A stretch of 64,000 nucleotides of DNA from Podarcis vaucheri (taxonomy: Eukaryota): assembly GCA_965113315.1 (NCBI GenBank), contig OZ220363.1. One strand, given 5' to 3'. The notes beneath the pieces are model-generated. The model worked only from the letters and a program-made list of their open reading frames with translations, had not been told where the DNA came from and searched no databases. A program made the position numbers and the translations under genes. Positions within the stretch are counted from its first letter, which is position 1, and each line of letters begins with the position of its first letter. Shown in pieces: positions 25,330 through 37,500 of the stretch.

Positions 25330-27066
25330 AGGTTGGTCACACCCAAGGGCCTCTGGATGGCAGCCTATATGCCAAGGTGAAGAAGAAAGACTCACTCCAC
25401 GGCAGCACCGGCACCGTCAACACCAACCGCATCACGCTCTCGGCTGCCCCCAACCACATTGAGCACACACTCTCTGTTAGCAGTGATTCGGGCAACTCCA
25501 CCGCCTCCACCAAGACAGACAAGACTGACGAGCAAGCAGTGCCCACAGTCCCCGGCAGCAGCGGAGGAAGCAACCCTATACTAACCCCAGAGGAGAAGCG
25601 GGAGCTTGACAGCTTGCTCAGCGGCTTTGGCTTGGAGAACGAGGCCGCCATGCATAACCACAACCCCAGCGGGGGAGCAGTGGTTTCTTCCACCACCTCA
25701 GGCCGCCACATTGTTCCGGCTCAGGTGCATGTCAACGGGGAAGCTGCCAGCTTGGTGGCCGAGAGGGAAACAGACATTCTGGATGACGAGTTGCCCAACC
25801 AGGATGGGCACAGCGTGGGGAGCCTGGGCACCCTCTCGTCATTTGATGGCACCACCAACACCAGTGACATGGGCTACCACGAGGCTCCTCGGATGGAGAG
25901 CCTCAACTCCTTGCCCAATGGGTCGTCCAACTTCAACGGCATAGACAAGCTGCACGATTCAGAGACGGTGATCAATGGTGGCTACCCCTACAACAACCAG
26001 AACACCTTGCGGAGCATGATGGGACGTCACCCCCAGGACCCGTATGGGCACATCCGTCCTTCAGTGTCTGCCCAGGAGAATTTGGCCGACTACTACCAGC
26101 ATGGCTTCCCCACTCCTGGCTGGTTGCAACCCCAGCCACCAGCTGCCAGCCAGCAGTACCCTTACGGCTACGATCCAAATGGCATATACCGCTCACAGTC
26201 CTTCCCCACAGCGACTGCTGAGAGCCCCCAGCTGCCTCAGGCACCAGCCCGGAGCACGAGTAGCCGGGAAGCTGTCCAGAGGGGACTTAACTCTTGGCAG
26301 CAGCAAAGTGGAGGCAGCAGACCACCTTCCCGCCAACAGGATGGTGCCCGAGACAGCCAAAGTCCCAGTGTTTCCAGTGCAAGCCCTCAGCCCAGCCCTT
26401 CACAAGCAGCACCCCCTCAAAGCATCAGCATCCCTGAATTCCCCAGGGTGGCCTCCCAGAAGGAAATAGAGCAGTCCATTGAGGCCCTCAACATGCTCAT
26501 GCTTGACCTGGACCCTTCTGTCTCCATGATGCACAAGTCCCAGAGTGTCCCGGTGTCTTCCAGAGAAGATAAGCCACGCCCGGTGGCTCTCTCAGTATCT
26601 GCCCAGCCTGTGACTGGTCCTCAAGTGGTGCAGCCAAAGTCTACCAATCCTTTTGGCCCTATTCCAGGAAGCCCTTCCCACAACTCCATGGGCATCTCTG
26701 TGTCCCAGCTGCCTGACCACCAGGCGCCTAAAGCTCATCCCACAAAGCTATTGCTCCACAATGCTGCAGAGCCAGAGTACCCCGCGCAGGATGACCAGGA
26801 GGCTTATTTGTCCTATGGCTATCCAAACCAGCAAGCCAGGAGCTATGGCCAGGCTGCAGGAAGCCCTCCTACATCTCCCAGGCCTCACGCAATGGCATAT
26901 AAGCTCATGGAAGCTCAGCATCCCCTGCTGACCTCACCCCCATCCCCTGGGATGACAATTCAAGCCCAGGTACCAATAAAGAATGCGGAGAACAGTGAGG
27001 AAGCTTCTCGCCCCACAGAGGAAGAGCCTTTGCATCTTGAAGGTCTGGTGGCCCACAGGGTAGCAG
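25330..27066 (+). CDS. TNS1: Tensin-1 large coding exon (start of disordered middle region), phase 1 to 1
   Basis: Pyrimidine tract + CAG acceptor (25327-25329), donor G|GTAGGA at 27067, 1737 nt. Translation (E)[27 protein letters not shown]...[18 protein letters not shown]...[16 protein letters not shown]...[16 protein letters not shown] matches vertebrate tensin-1 as recalled. Confidence 0.97.
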
Positions 27067-27734
27067 GTAGGAAGCCTTATTCTCTGTTTTCTTATGAGTC
27101 AGGGGTTTTTATCCTTAGGGCTCAGAAGTCCCCCACCCCCACATAATATTTTAGGGCTGGGAAGAGAAGAATGCTGCTCAGGGCCCCAGTTTGTTTCATG
27201 TGGCTTAGTCCAAAATAGAATGGATAAACTGAACTGTTCCCACAGCAGTCCTGGGGGTGGTGTGTTGGGGGAATGCCTGGTAGGAGGGGCTCTCGCAACC
27301 ACACTTGCAAACAACATGCAAATGCCATAGGATCTATCTATGCCAGGAGTGGGTGGGTTTTTTGGGGAGGTAAACATGCCATACTTAGGCATGTTATACC
27401 TTTAAAGCACATTATTTCCCTCAAATAATTCTGTGCATTGAAGGTGGTTAAGAGTTGCTGGGAACTGCAACTCTTTAGTGCAACTGCTACACCCCATTCC
27501 AGATTATTTAACAAGAAGCATTTACCCTACTGTGAGGGGTAAACTGGTACCCAGAAATCTTTGGGGGGAAAGAATGTGCTTTAAATATATAGTGTGCACA
27601 TAGCCTTAGACACAAAGTATTTGTTAGTGCAAGTCTAGTGTGCAATATAGTCCTTATATAAAGTGTGTCATGCCCACCCTGATTGGCTTGGGGCAGTTTT
27701 GTCTCAAGAGAGGAGGGGCCACATGGAGGCCCAT

Positions 27735-27880
27735 TGCAATAATCCAGTCTTGAGGCTACCAGTGGATCAAAGTGGCTGCCTTGGTCCAGTAGCGGCTGTA
27801 GCTGTCTTACCAACCGAAGCTGGTAAAAGGCACTCCTAGCTGCCAGGGCAATTTGTGCCTCAAGTGACAGCCCTAGATCT
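27735..27880 (-). mobile_element. L2 LINE ORF2 fragment
   Basis: Minus-strand translation VRQLQPLL...LVASRLDYCN matches the L2 ORF2 motif L.RQLRPYL...LV.SRLDYCN. Confidence 0.7.
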
Positions 27881-30800
27881 CAGCCTCTCTCCCTGTTCCT
27901 TCAGAAGGTACAAGTAGGCTTCCCTTCTTCTTCTGTAAGAGAACGATAGTTGCTCTGGGGCAACTGAATGCACTTGTCTAGATTTAGATGTGTCTCCCCG
28001 AGTCCTAGTGGCTAGTGCCAGGTTTCTGCAGAGCTAACTGCAAACCTGCAGCTTGGAACAGATGAAAGCCATCATGCCTGATTTGTAACTTACTGGTATT
28101 TGGCATTAAGGCATGGGATGCAACATGCATGGCAGGGTTGGAACTTAGGAATGAATTGCTCAGCAACTGCTGGGGAGACGGCTGTAAACAAGGCAGGGCT
28201 CTGACTTGATTTTATGCTCACTGAATGAGCGGCACAAGAGCCTTTAATGATTCTGCTGCGAGATGTTGAGTCAGGAAGGAAATGTCCACCACACCCACAA
28301 AAGGGTAATATTCCATAGCCTTTGGTGCTTCTTTCATGCCCTTCCTCTGAAGCCCAGTGCTCTGGCAGTCTTGGGCAGGACTCTGTGTTCTCGGCACCAA
28401 GGGAGCTGAAATTTACTCAGAACAAGTTATGCACTTTTGCTTAAACGGGTGGGATTCATACAGTTCCTTCTGTGTATGGCTTTTGCAAGATTCAGGGCAT
28501 TTTGTAGGGGCTCGGACAATAATAAAAGGCAAGAAATGAGGGGAAGGCATGGAATGAAGAGGGCGGAGCAAGTGGAATTAGTCCTGGAAGCCACAGGGGG
28601 AGGCATAGGTGGGACACCCAATCATCATTCTTTGGGCCTAGGGGCCCAGTAGACATGATTGATACAGGAATTTCTTGCTTGGAGCTCCTAACACCTTAAT
28701 ATTTTGGGAAAAGTCAACACAGGGAAGGGGGCAATTTAAATTGAGATGATGCCATGGGGAAAATGAGGTAGTTTAACTATTTGCCTTCTCCACACCCCCA
28801 ATTCAAATTAGCCCTCCCCCAAAGTTGTTTTAATCCTCCGAGAGGAAAATATACAGGTTTTTTAAACCTGCGGGTTTTCCTCTTGATACTTAGTAAGCCA
28901 AATCCAAATCAGCCCTCCATTCCCCTCTGGTCACTTTTTCAGAAAGAAAAAGGATAGTAGCAGCTCCAAGCATGGAGCTCCCCTGTAACATCTGTTTGAC
29001 TCATCCCTTCAAGCAGACATTGCTTGGCTTTTGGGGGGAAACCTTTCTCTAAGACCCTGAGAGATAGAAGCTTGTTATTTGAAAATAAGCTTGTTATTTC
29101 ACAATAATCATAGACATATTTTTCTTTTTAAGCTGAGATTCTAGATTCTACCTCATGCTGTGTATGAGTATGAAGAGCGCACATACACAAATGCCTTTGT
29201 CTTGGGAACTTTCAGGGTCTTCTGATGTGTACAGCTGAGTCTCTTTTTTAATGGGTTCTAACTGGTTGTCCCAGAATGGAGTCTTTCCTCCATGTAATTC
29301 CCCTGGGCATCCTCACTAATTCTCCACAGGGCACACTGTAGACTGGGTTGCCCAAGCATGAATTATGGGCAGTGATGGGAGAGGGGCACACTTTGCAAAA
29401 TGATCAGTCTTTGGGAATGAGGCATTTGGGCTTTTTGATAAAAACAACATCCAGTGTTGCTTAAGGACTCTTGTGATGTCTTGTATCCGGTATGCAGCCT
29501 CAGCCCTGGCAGCTCCTGGGATTGTAATTACACATAAAAGTTTTTAATTGCAGAGCTCCTCAGAAATGTCCTGGACATAATCCAGCCTGCAATGCCAGGC
29601 TCAGCTGCTGGGCTCTGTCCAGTTCAGCTCCTGGACCGCAGGCATTAAAAGCATTTGGCCAAAGGGAAATGGCTTGGTTCTGGGATAAGGAGGGCTGGAG
29701 GATGGGAAACCAAGCTGGAGGCTGAGTCACTGTGGCATCTTAGGGTGTATACAGAGGTACACATAGCGTGAGGAGCAAACCTGCTATAGAAATGCACTCA
29801 CCACATTTTCTTTAGATGTACAATTTTCTTTTCCAGACTGGGCTCAGGGGAAATGAGTTCTTTGTGTCCATAGCAGAAGCTAGCTGTTAACAGCTCTGGT
29901 TTTCTGGAAGCTGGTGACATCATGTTTCCCATCCTCGCCAAACTAGCTTTTCAGCATTGTGCAAAATTGATTCCTCCTTTACTTATTTGTTTCTAAAATC
30001 TACACCTAGTGCTTTACAAGTAATACGAGAAAACAGGAAGACCACTTGAAGTGCAGAGGGGAGCACAAAGCAGACTGATGAATCAGTATTTGATTTAATG
30101 TCCATTTTACTTTGCATTGCAAAGGCAGGGGGCAGCTGGGCTCAACCCGTGGTAAAGCAATAACAACATACAGCAGTGTGTGAGTTGAACCTTGGAGCCC
30201 TGCTGGGTAAGACCAATGAATGGCCCAGCTAGATCAGCATCCTGCTTTCCACAGTGGTCATCCAAATGCTTCTGGGAAGTTCGCAAGCCACTGTATTTGC
30301 CATTTACACCAGCATTGAGCTGTCTCCCTCCCCCATGGCCATGCATGCACCCACACACTTCCATCACGTGGAGATGCTGATGCAGATGGAAGAGGACTAG
30401 ATTTTTACCCCATTGCATTACTACATAGCAACACTCTGGTAGGGAGAGAAAAGGTATGGTGGATGGGCATATGTGAATCAGAACCATGGGAGGAAACTGG
30501 TGCAGAATTTCCTGCTTACAGTGGCGTTTTCCAAATCACCTGTTCCTGATTTGGGGGGACATGGCAGCTTTTCCGAGTGTTGTTATACTGTGGCAACCTT
30601 CTACCTGAGCTGCACATGGACCAGTGTATAATCCCAAGGGGCACTATGTCCTGAGATCCTGGGGAAAGAATAGCTGCTGTGGAAGCATGAACCTGCACTC
30701 TAGGTTCACAGTAATAAGTGTCCCATGATCACAGAACATGGAGCGAAGCAAGAGATCTGGACGGTGCTAGAGAGAGAGGAGGAGGGGAGGGGAGCGAATG

Positions 30801-31857
30801 GAACTGGCCAGAACAAGCTGTGAGAGAGGGGTTGAGAGAGAGAGAGCTCAGGGGCCAGCATGTTATTTACAATGCATGCTACTATAAATTGCCTGTTTGT
30901 TCCAAGGCGAGTATGTGTGGAATTTCACAGATCATCATCCTCCCTGGTTCTCGCTATCATGAGAACTCAGATTTCCTATGCAGCAGGGTGGGAGCAGCCT
31001 GTAATGATTAAGGCAAAAGGCCTCTAGGAGGACACCCTTCCCAGGGAAAGCTCACCACCATCACCACCACCGCCCTCAACTGCTGCAAATCCTGCCTGGC
31101 GCAGAGACTCAGGGACCTGAAATGGAAGCTCTGAAACAATTAACATGAGCCAGCTGAGTCAGAGATGCCTCCACAAGTTGTTTCGTTACTATTTGTGTGT
31201 TTTGTTTACCCAGTCTTGGAAATCCCTGTCCAAGCGGCAAAACAGGGGTGTTCCAGGGCTGCCAGTTACATCTGTGCCCTGGTGCTGTGCAGGTGCATCG
31301 GTGGGAGGGCAGGAGTGGTTCGGCCAGTGCCTCCCACATTCTTGCAATATTTCAATTTCTACAGTCATTATGCTGCTGATTCTGCACATTAGACGAAGGA
31401 ATTTTTCCTCCAGTTTCCAGACTGATAACTGAATTCCAGAAACAGTATACAGGGTAGATATGATTCTCATATGATTTTCTAGCTCCTCTTGAATCCAAAG
31501 AAAGCCAGGGAACTACAAGGGATTTATTACCCCACAAAACATACTCCTGAGGTCAGCCTATTCACCCAAGATCTCATGAAGAGTCTGGTAATTGACTTGG
31601 TTCAGTGGTATCTCGTATTCTGATGTCGACCCAGCTTCACCCCAGATCACATTGTATTCAAGCCTGGGGTGTATTTCCAACTAATATTTTTTCTTGTATT
31701 TCCCCTCCCCTTTCTCCTTTGTCTGTTTGTGATGTTTGTTCTGTCTCTGACTACACACTCTCTTTCTCACTCTCCGTGACGGATTTTGTTTCATCCTTGG
31801 TTGACCTTCTCCTGCTGCTCTATTCCTACCCACCCTACCTCCGTCTCCCCCTGTCAG

Positions 31858-31944
31858 AATACAACGCCAAACTCCGGGACATCCGGAAGAGCATGAAAAG
31901 CCCCCATCCTCCTCTTCACCGACAGCGATCCTTCTCCTTTTCTG
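31858..31944 (+). CDS. TNS1: TNS1 87-nt symmetric cassette exon (EYNAKLRDIRKSMKSPHPPLHRQRSFSFS)
   Basis: CAG acceptor after a 193-nt AG-free pyrimidine tract, donor G|GTTTGT at 31945, phase 1 to 1, open and in frame with both neighbours. Not in the canonical human protein as recalled. Confidence 0.75.
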
Positions 31945-33772
31945 GTTTGTTCTGTTGCTGCTTCTCCTCCTTTCTCTTCAGCCTCCCCTGCCGTGGATCT
32001 CCCGCATGGTTGCTGTTTCCCTTGCTGTTGCATGGACACCAGGACAGAGAGCTGGGGTGGCTGTTGAGAGTCCATTCCAAAATGGTGCCAGAAAAAACCA
32101 AAATGGTGCCAGAGTAAGGTTGCCTCCTAATTTGTGTGCGGAAAGGCAAGAAAACGTGATTTCCTGCTTCTCACCCACATTAGCAATTACCTCCAATACT
32201 GCCAGGTCCTTTCCTCACATGTGACAGCTGTGCATTCCCAGTGGATAAAAAATGTGTCTGTTGGGAATTCTGGGAAGGATCTGACCTGGTTTTGGGGCCT
32301 GTCAGGTTTGGACTCTACAGCCTTGCTCTAACTCCAAAAGCTCCTTATTTATTTATCTTTTAATCATTGGTTGTGCTTCCTCCTCCTTTTCCCTTGCAGT
32401 GTGTGGATTCATTTGCTACGTGTGGTGCTCATCTGTGGTATAACCAGAAGTCACTTGCAAAAGGATTAGGGGATTAGGGGCTTGTTTATCTCAGTGGCCA
32501 CCACACTCACCGCTGCTTTGTTGTTGGTGCTATGTCAGGTGTCTCCATAACACCAAGGGGTGGTTTTTGCATGGGTGGAAGTTGGGGGAGAAAGGAAGGC
32601 CAGAATCCAGGAATGGGATGATCACTCACTGTAGTGCTTGGCCAGCACACCAAGGTCTGTTTAGGGGCTATGTGTGTTGTACAGGCATCGCTGGGGTGTT
32701 TTACTTCAGATCTTTCTGCTGTGGCTGGCGATATTGACTGGAAGCAGGAGAGGGGCTTCTAGCATGGCTAGCAGAAGGGGTGAAGTGTGTGTGTGTGTAA
32801 ATTCTTGGAATCTTACTCAGCAGGTTGCTCTGGAGAAAGGAGCCTCTTGATGGATTTCAAACACGTGGTTGTTCCAAAGCATCTCTCTTGCATGCTTGGT
32901 ATTTATGGAACATGAGCTCTTGGAGCCAGAAGAGGAGAGACAAGTTTTCACCGGAACCTCATATTCAACAAGGGCTCCTGGGTGCTTGTTTTGTTTTGTT
33001 TTCTGATCTCTTTCATTGGTGCAGGTAGCCTCAGTATATCAGAGTTAACAGTGGCCTTAGGACTACTTCCGAAATCATTGCAGATGTGTGACATCTCTAT
33101 ACCCCTGCAAAAAAAGTATGGGTTGCCATTCCAACAGAAGATGCTGTTTTTTATTATTATTCTATGTGTTTCATTTGCCCCAATACAGGATACTTGGCTC
33201 TTCTGAATCCACCCACCTCTCTCCCTACAGGTTTGGAATTTGTACTCCTGTAAAATTTCACAGTGCTTTGGTTGACTTGGTCACTGCCTTTTGCCACCCC
33301 CCACCCTGGCCCCCAAGAAAATATCCCATAGACATTGCCTCTAGCTCTCACACTGCTTCAGGATTAATGCAGCAGCATGGTGTATGCTTGATATCCTATT
33401 ACTCTGGCTTATAGTCCCCCCTTGAAACGGTGACCTGTGGTCTATGCATACAATGCCCAAATTCTAATGGAATGTCACATTTAAAAGAGAGCAGCAACTA
33501 GAAGGATGGGCTCCTGTGCACACATTCACTGCTTTGGGGTTGCATGGGATCCTCATGCTCACTTGCTTTATATAATGTTCCTACAGGAACGTAAAGTTGA
33601 AAGAGGTATTTATTTGTTTAGTTTAAATGAGAGAACTTACTAATATTGTTGGGGAGTTCCAAGAGACATGCTCTGGGCTGTCCTTGTAATAGGCCCAGAT
33701 GACATTCCACAAGTCCATTCTGATAAACCATGGTTTATTGCATTGAGAGCAAGTTGTGTGTTCTTACACTCC

Positions 33773-34528
33773 TGTCAGAGTTGCTCCCCGATCCTAGCTC
33801 ACAGAGGATCACGCTAGCCAGCGATCATTTAGTAAAAGTCTTTATTGAGTTACAGTTCCCATTCTCAAGCTGCTGCGTGCAACTCTACGTCTTATGGTTA
33901 GATCGGCGAAGCTCTGTCTGGGTCCCCGCCTCCTGTACACCAACTTAATATCCTAGCCTTACTCCACCTTTTCCGCCTGACTGTTCTTCTCTGGGTCCCT
34001 CTGCCCCCCGGGGTCTCTTCCTTCCGGGACTCTTCTGACGCTGACCCCCCGGACCCTTCTGTCTCCTTGCGCCGGGCTTTAGGACCTGGCTCCCTTTCCG
34101 GGCTGCTTACTGCGCCACCTTCCTGTGCATTTGAACTTGGCGCGCGCGCCCAACCTTCCACTTTCCGTCTGACCGTTTCTTCGCTCCCCGATGGAGGTGT
34201 GGCCACTCCTGACTCGTGCCCTCCCTCCTGTTGTGAGCTGCCAGCGCTTGATACCTGACTCCCTTCCTCTCCCCTGCTCTCTGCTGGTGACGCTGGTCCC
34301 GATTTCCAACTGCTCCCCTCTGAGCTCCCTCTGGCCCTTTCCTCCTGGGGTGTCCCCCTAAGCTCCCCCCTTGCCCTGGCCACTGGTGCTCCTTTCTGTG
34401 AATCTTCTGATTCACTGGAAAGACTCGGAGATCTCGGGTCGTCGTCATCACTCATCCTTTCTTCTGCCTCCTCCCCCTCGCTCTCTGTTTCCTCCCTTGC
34501 CCTTGCCTCTGCTCCTGAACCCCTGACA
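33773..34528 (-). mobile_element. Solo LTR (756 bp; Gypsy/BEL/ERV type)
   Basis: Ends TGTCAG...CTGACA; perfect 5-bp target duplication ACTCC (33768-33772, 34529-34533); minus-strand AATAAA at 33841-33846; CpG-rich compared with flanks, suggesting a young insertion. Confidence 0.88.
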
Positions 34529-37500
34529 ACTCCCTTCTCTCCTCCCTTCTTCTGTCCTCGTGCACCCAACTTCAGTGCTTCTACCCTGGCTTGACACTTT
34601 TCTGTGACATCAGAACCAGTTTTGTTTGCAGATGTTAAACTGAAGATATCACGGGAAACTGTGGAGTGTGAGGCCACGCAGCTCATTCTCAAGTCAATAA
34701 ACAATGGTTTACCAGGCCAAGATTGCTATCTCTGAACTTAGGCTATAAAGTTCCTCTGGATGTTAATCTATTAATAAGAAACCAGACTCTAAACTATTTT
34801 AATGAAAGAATGTTTCCTATGTGCACAAGAGTGGGCTTGTGAATTAAACCTCTGTGTTCTCATTTCTTGTGAATAATCTTTCAGTTTGAGAGTGGAGGAG
34901 TTGCTGTTGGAATATTCCTTTGGCATCTCCTCCAAAATGCCAGAGGAAGTTTTGATACAAGTATTGCCCACACAAAAGGAAAGATACAAATTGAAAAATA
35001 AAATATGCTGTCTGAATCCTTGCAGAGTCAAGTAATATAACATAAGATTCACTCAGTGATTGTTATTAGCCATGGTACAGCTACCTGGAAATGTCTAGAG
35101 GCAGCCTATGGCTGAATACCAGTTGTTGGGGGACCAAGAGTAGGGGAGAGTGGCTACCTTCATGTCCTACCTGGTGGCTTCCCAAAAGCACCTGCCCGAC
35201 TCCTATTGCAAACAATCAGTTAGATGGACCCTTGGCTAATGTAGCAGTGCTTTCCTTATGTACTATAGTGCATCAACCGACTATGCTTTCTTTGCAGTTG
35301 AATGGTAAAAAGAAAGTAAGGTATGGTTTTCCCCAGGCCATTGGGTGTAATAGTGTGCAGTTTACCCAGAATGCTTAATTAAGCAGCAGCAGAAGGAACT
35401 TGCCATGCATTCAAAAAGCAAAGCTATGAATTTACTTACATTTACATGTCTATAAATGCATATGTGAGTGTCTGCTGCTCAGATGTTGTTGGACTGCAAC
35501 CCCAGTCATTCCTGACCTTTTGCCATGCTGGCTGGAGCCGATGGGAGCTGTTGTCCAACAATACCTGGAAGGCTAGTCTGAGTGGCAGCAGCTATCCAGG
35601 GACTGAAGGAGCCTTTCCTATAACTCCTAACCTTATCCTTTTTATAATGGATATGCCCCGGATTGAACCTGGAATCTTCTGCATGCAAACCACATCCTTT
35701 ACCTTCCATTGCTTTCAGTAATTTTCCACCTGCCCAGTTTAATTCTAGTATCAGACCTGAGTGTAGTACATCAAGTGGGAAAACACAGCGAGGCAGAGAC
35801 AGAGAAGAGGGGAGATGGTTCAGCTCCCCTGCCCTCCCCTCCACTTCATATGAATAATAGATCCTTTCTCCCTAGAGTTGTAGGTGAACAGTGCTGGCAT
35901 GCCTAGCTTGGCCCCGGTAGGAAGGGTTTTCCAGTGCCATCTTGATGAGTCACCTTGAAGCTGTCCTCTGATCCAAAGTTTCATGATGGCACTTGCTTGT
36001 TGTTGGATTCCATTAATGCTGGGAAGGAACTAATCCTCCCCTGTGTGGCTGAAGAACTTGGCTGCAGGTTACAGAAGATGGTAGCCTCACTCTAGGGAAG
36101 GGACACTGTATCTTCTCAGCTTAGAGTTTTGCTAGTAAATATAGCACAGGAGGAGGAGAGTGCCAGAGAGATAATTTTGTTGAGCAGCGCTGTTGCTAAT
36201 GCCCAGCTTTTCCTGCTCCTCAGCCATTCCAGGGAGCCTGGTCACCCCGAGCCAAGGTGTCACCACTCTTGGCTCTGAAAACACTGGTCTCCTTCTTCCT
36301 CCCCTCCCTCTGTCTGCTTTAAAGAGAAGAAGGAAATAAGGCATATAATAAAAAGGCCAGAGGAAGTAGAGGGTTTCTAAAGTTTGGTGCAAAGGTTTTG
36401 AAGCCTAGGGCGGAATACGTTTGAAATGTGCGTGCAGCAGCAATACAGAGGGAACTATGGCAGCCATTCTCTGGGTGTGGGAGTCATATGGAATGCCTTG
36501 AATCAGAGGGCAATGGCTTCTTTCTCTGCACACATTAGCAGTATCAGTCTGAGTTTTGCCCACATTGCAATTGGCACTGACCTTTGCCCGTATCTCACTG
36601 CTTCCCAATGAGTTTCCCACTCAAGCATCCAGCAAGGCTGTTGCTTTCTTGCTCTCTTCCCCTCCTTCCCCTTCCTGTGTGCCATGCTCCTTTCGCTTCT
36701 CAGCAAACAGACTTGTGCCTTTCCTCAAGGTCTCCTGGTACTGACAGCTGGCATCTTGCTTGTATGTTGTGCTCATTGTGTTCGGGATAAAACTTAAAAG
36801 TTGCAAAGGGCTTGTGTTGGCCTTCAGGCTTATGCCAGCAACTGCAAGAAACTATGATTCAATAGGGATTAAGGGTTTTAGAAAGGAAGCCAACTTCTAT
36901 GCATCTCCTGCTTGTTGATGCCAAAGGATGGGAGTATGAACAGAAGGGGGTATTATCCCCGAAAATGCATTATCCCCAGCTTCAAACATTCAAGGAAGTT
37001 CAAGGAAGACAACACAGTGTGGCGATAACTGGAACCACCCACTTCCACTCCCAGAGGCCTGATAGATCTAGATCCAGATGCTGCTCATCGGATCCCTTCC
37101 ACTTCTGCAATTCTATAGGAGAAATATTGTGCCTCTCCAGTGACAAGGCTGCAGGGAGGGATAATATACACACTTTGCATATATTAGTTCACTGAAATGA
37201 GGATGATCTTGAAACTTAACTGCTGAAGCTTAACTTGAAAAATGACTGAAATATTTTTGGGTTTAAAACCAGACAGGTAACAATCCTTGCAGAAAGGGAT
37301 TTGTCTCCCTTAGAGGCACTACCTGCTTTGAGGTGCGGGGGCCCTCTGGGCACTCCACTTTTCTCCCTCCCTGGTGCTCTGCCTTGACTTCTTTTATTTT
37401 TTGTTGTCATGGTTGCCTTGGTGGCAGCCATACATTTCTCCCTCCCTGAGTGGCTGGATAGGTAGGAGGCAGATGAGGACAAAGTTGTTGGCTAGCACAT

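Noticed and set aside
25377-27146. 589-aa ORF as a stand-alone gene
   Set aside because: It is an internal TNS1 exon; the GTG start is a Val codon and the last ~26 residues are intron read-through past the 27067 donor.
34529-34704. N-terminal part of the 268-aa minus-strand ORF
   Set aside because: Lies outside the LTR boundary defined by the target duplication; chance open frame in flanking intron with a non-ATG start.
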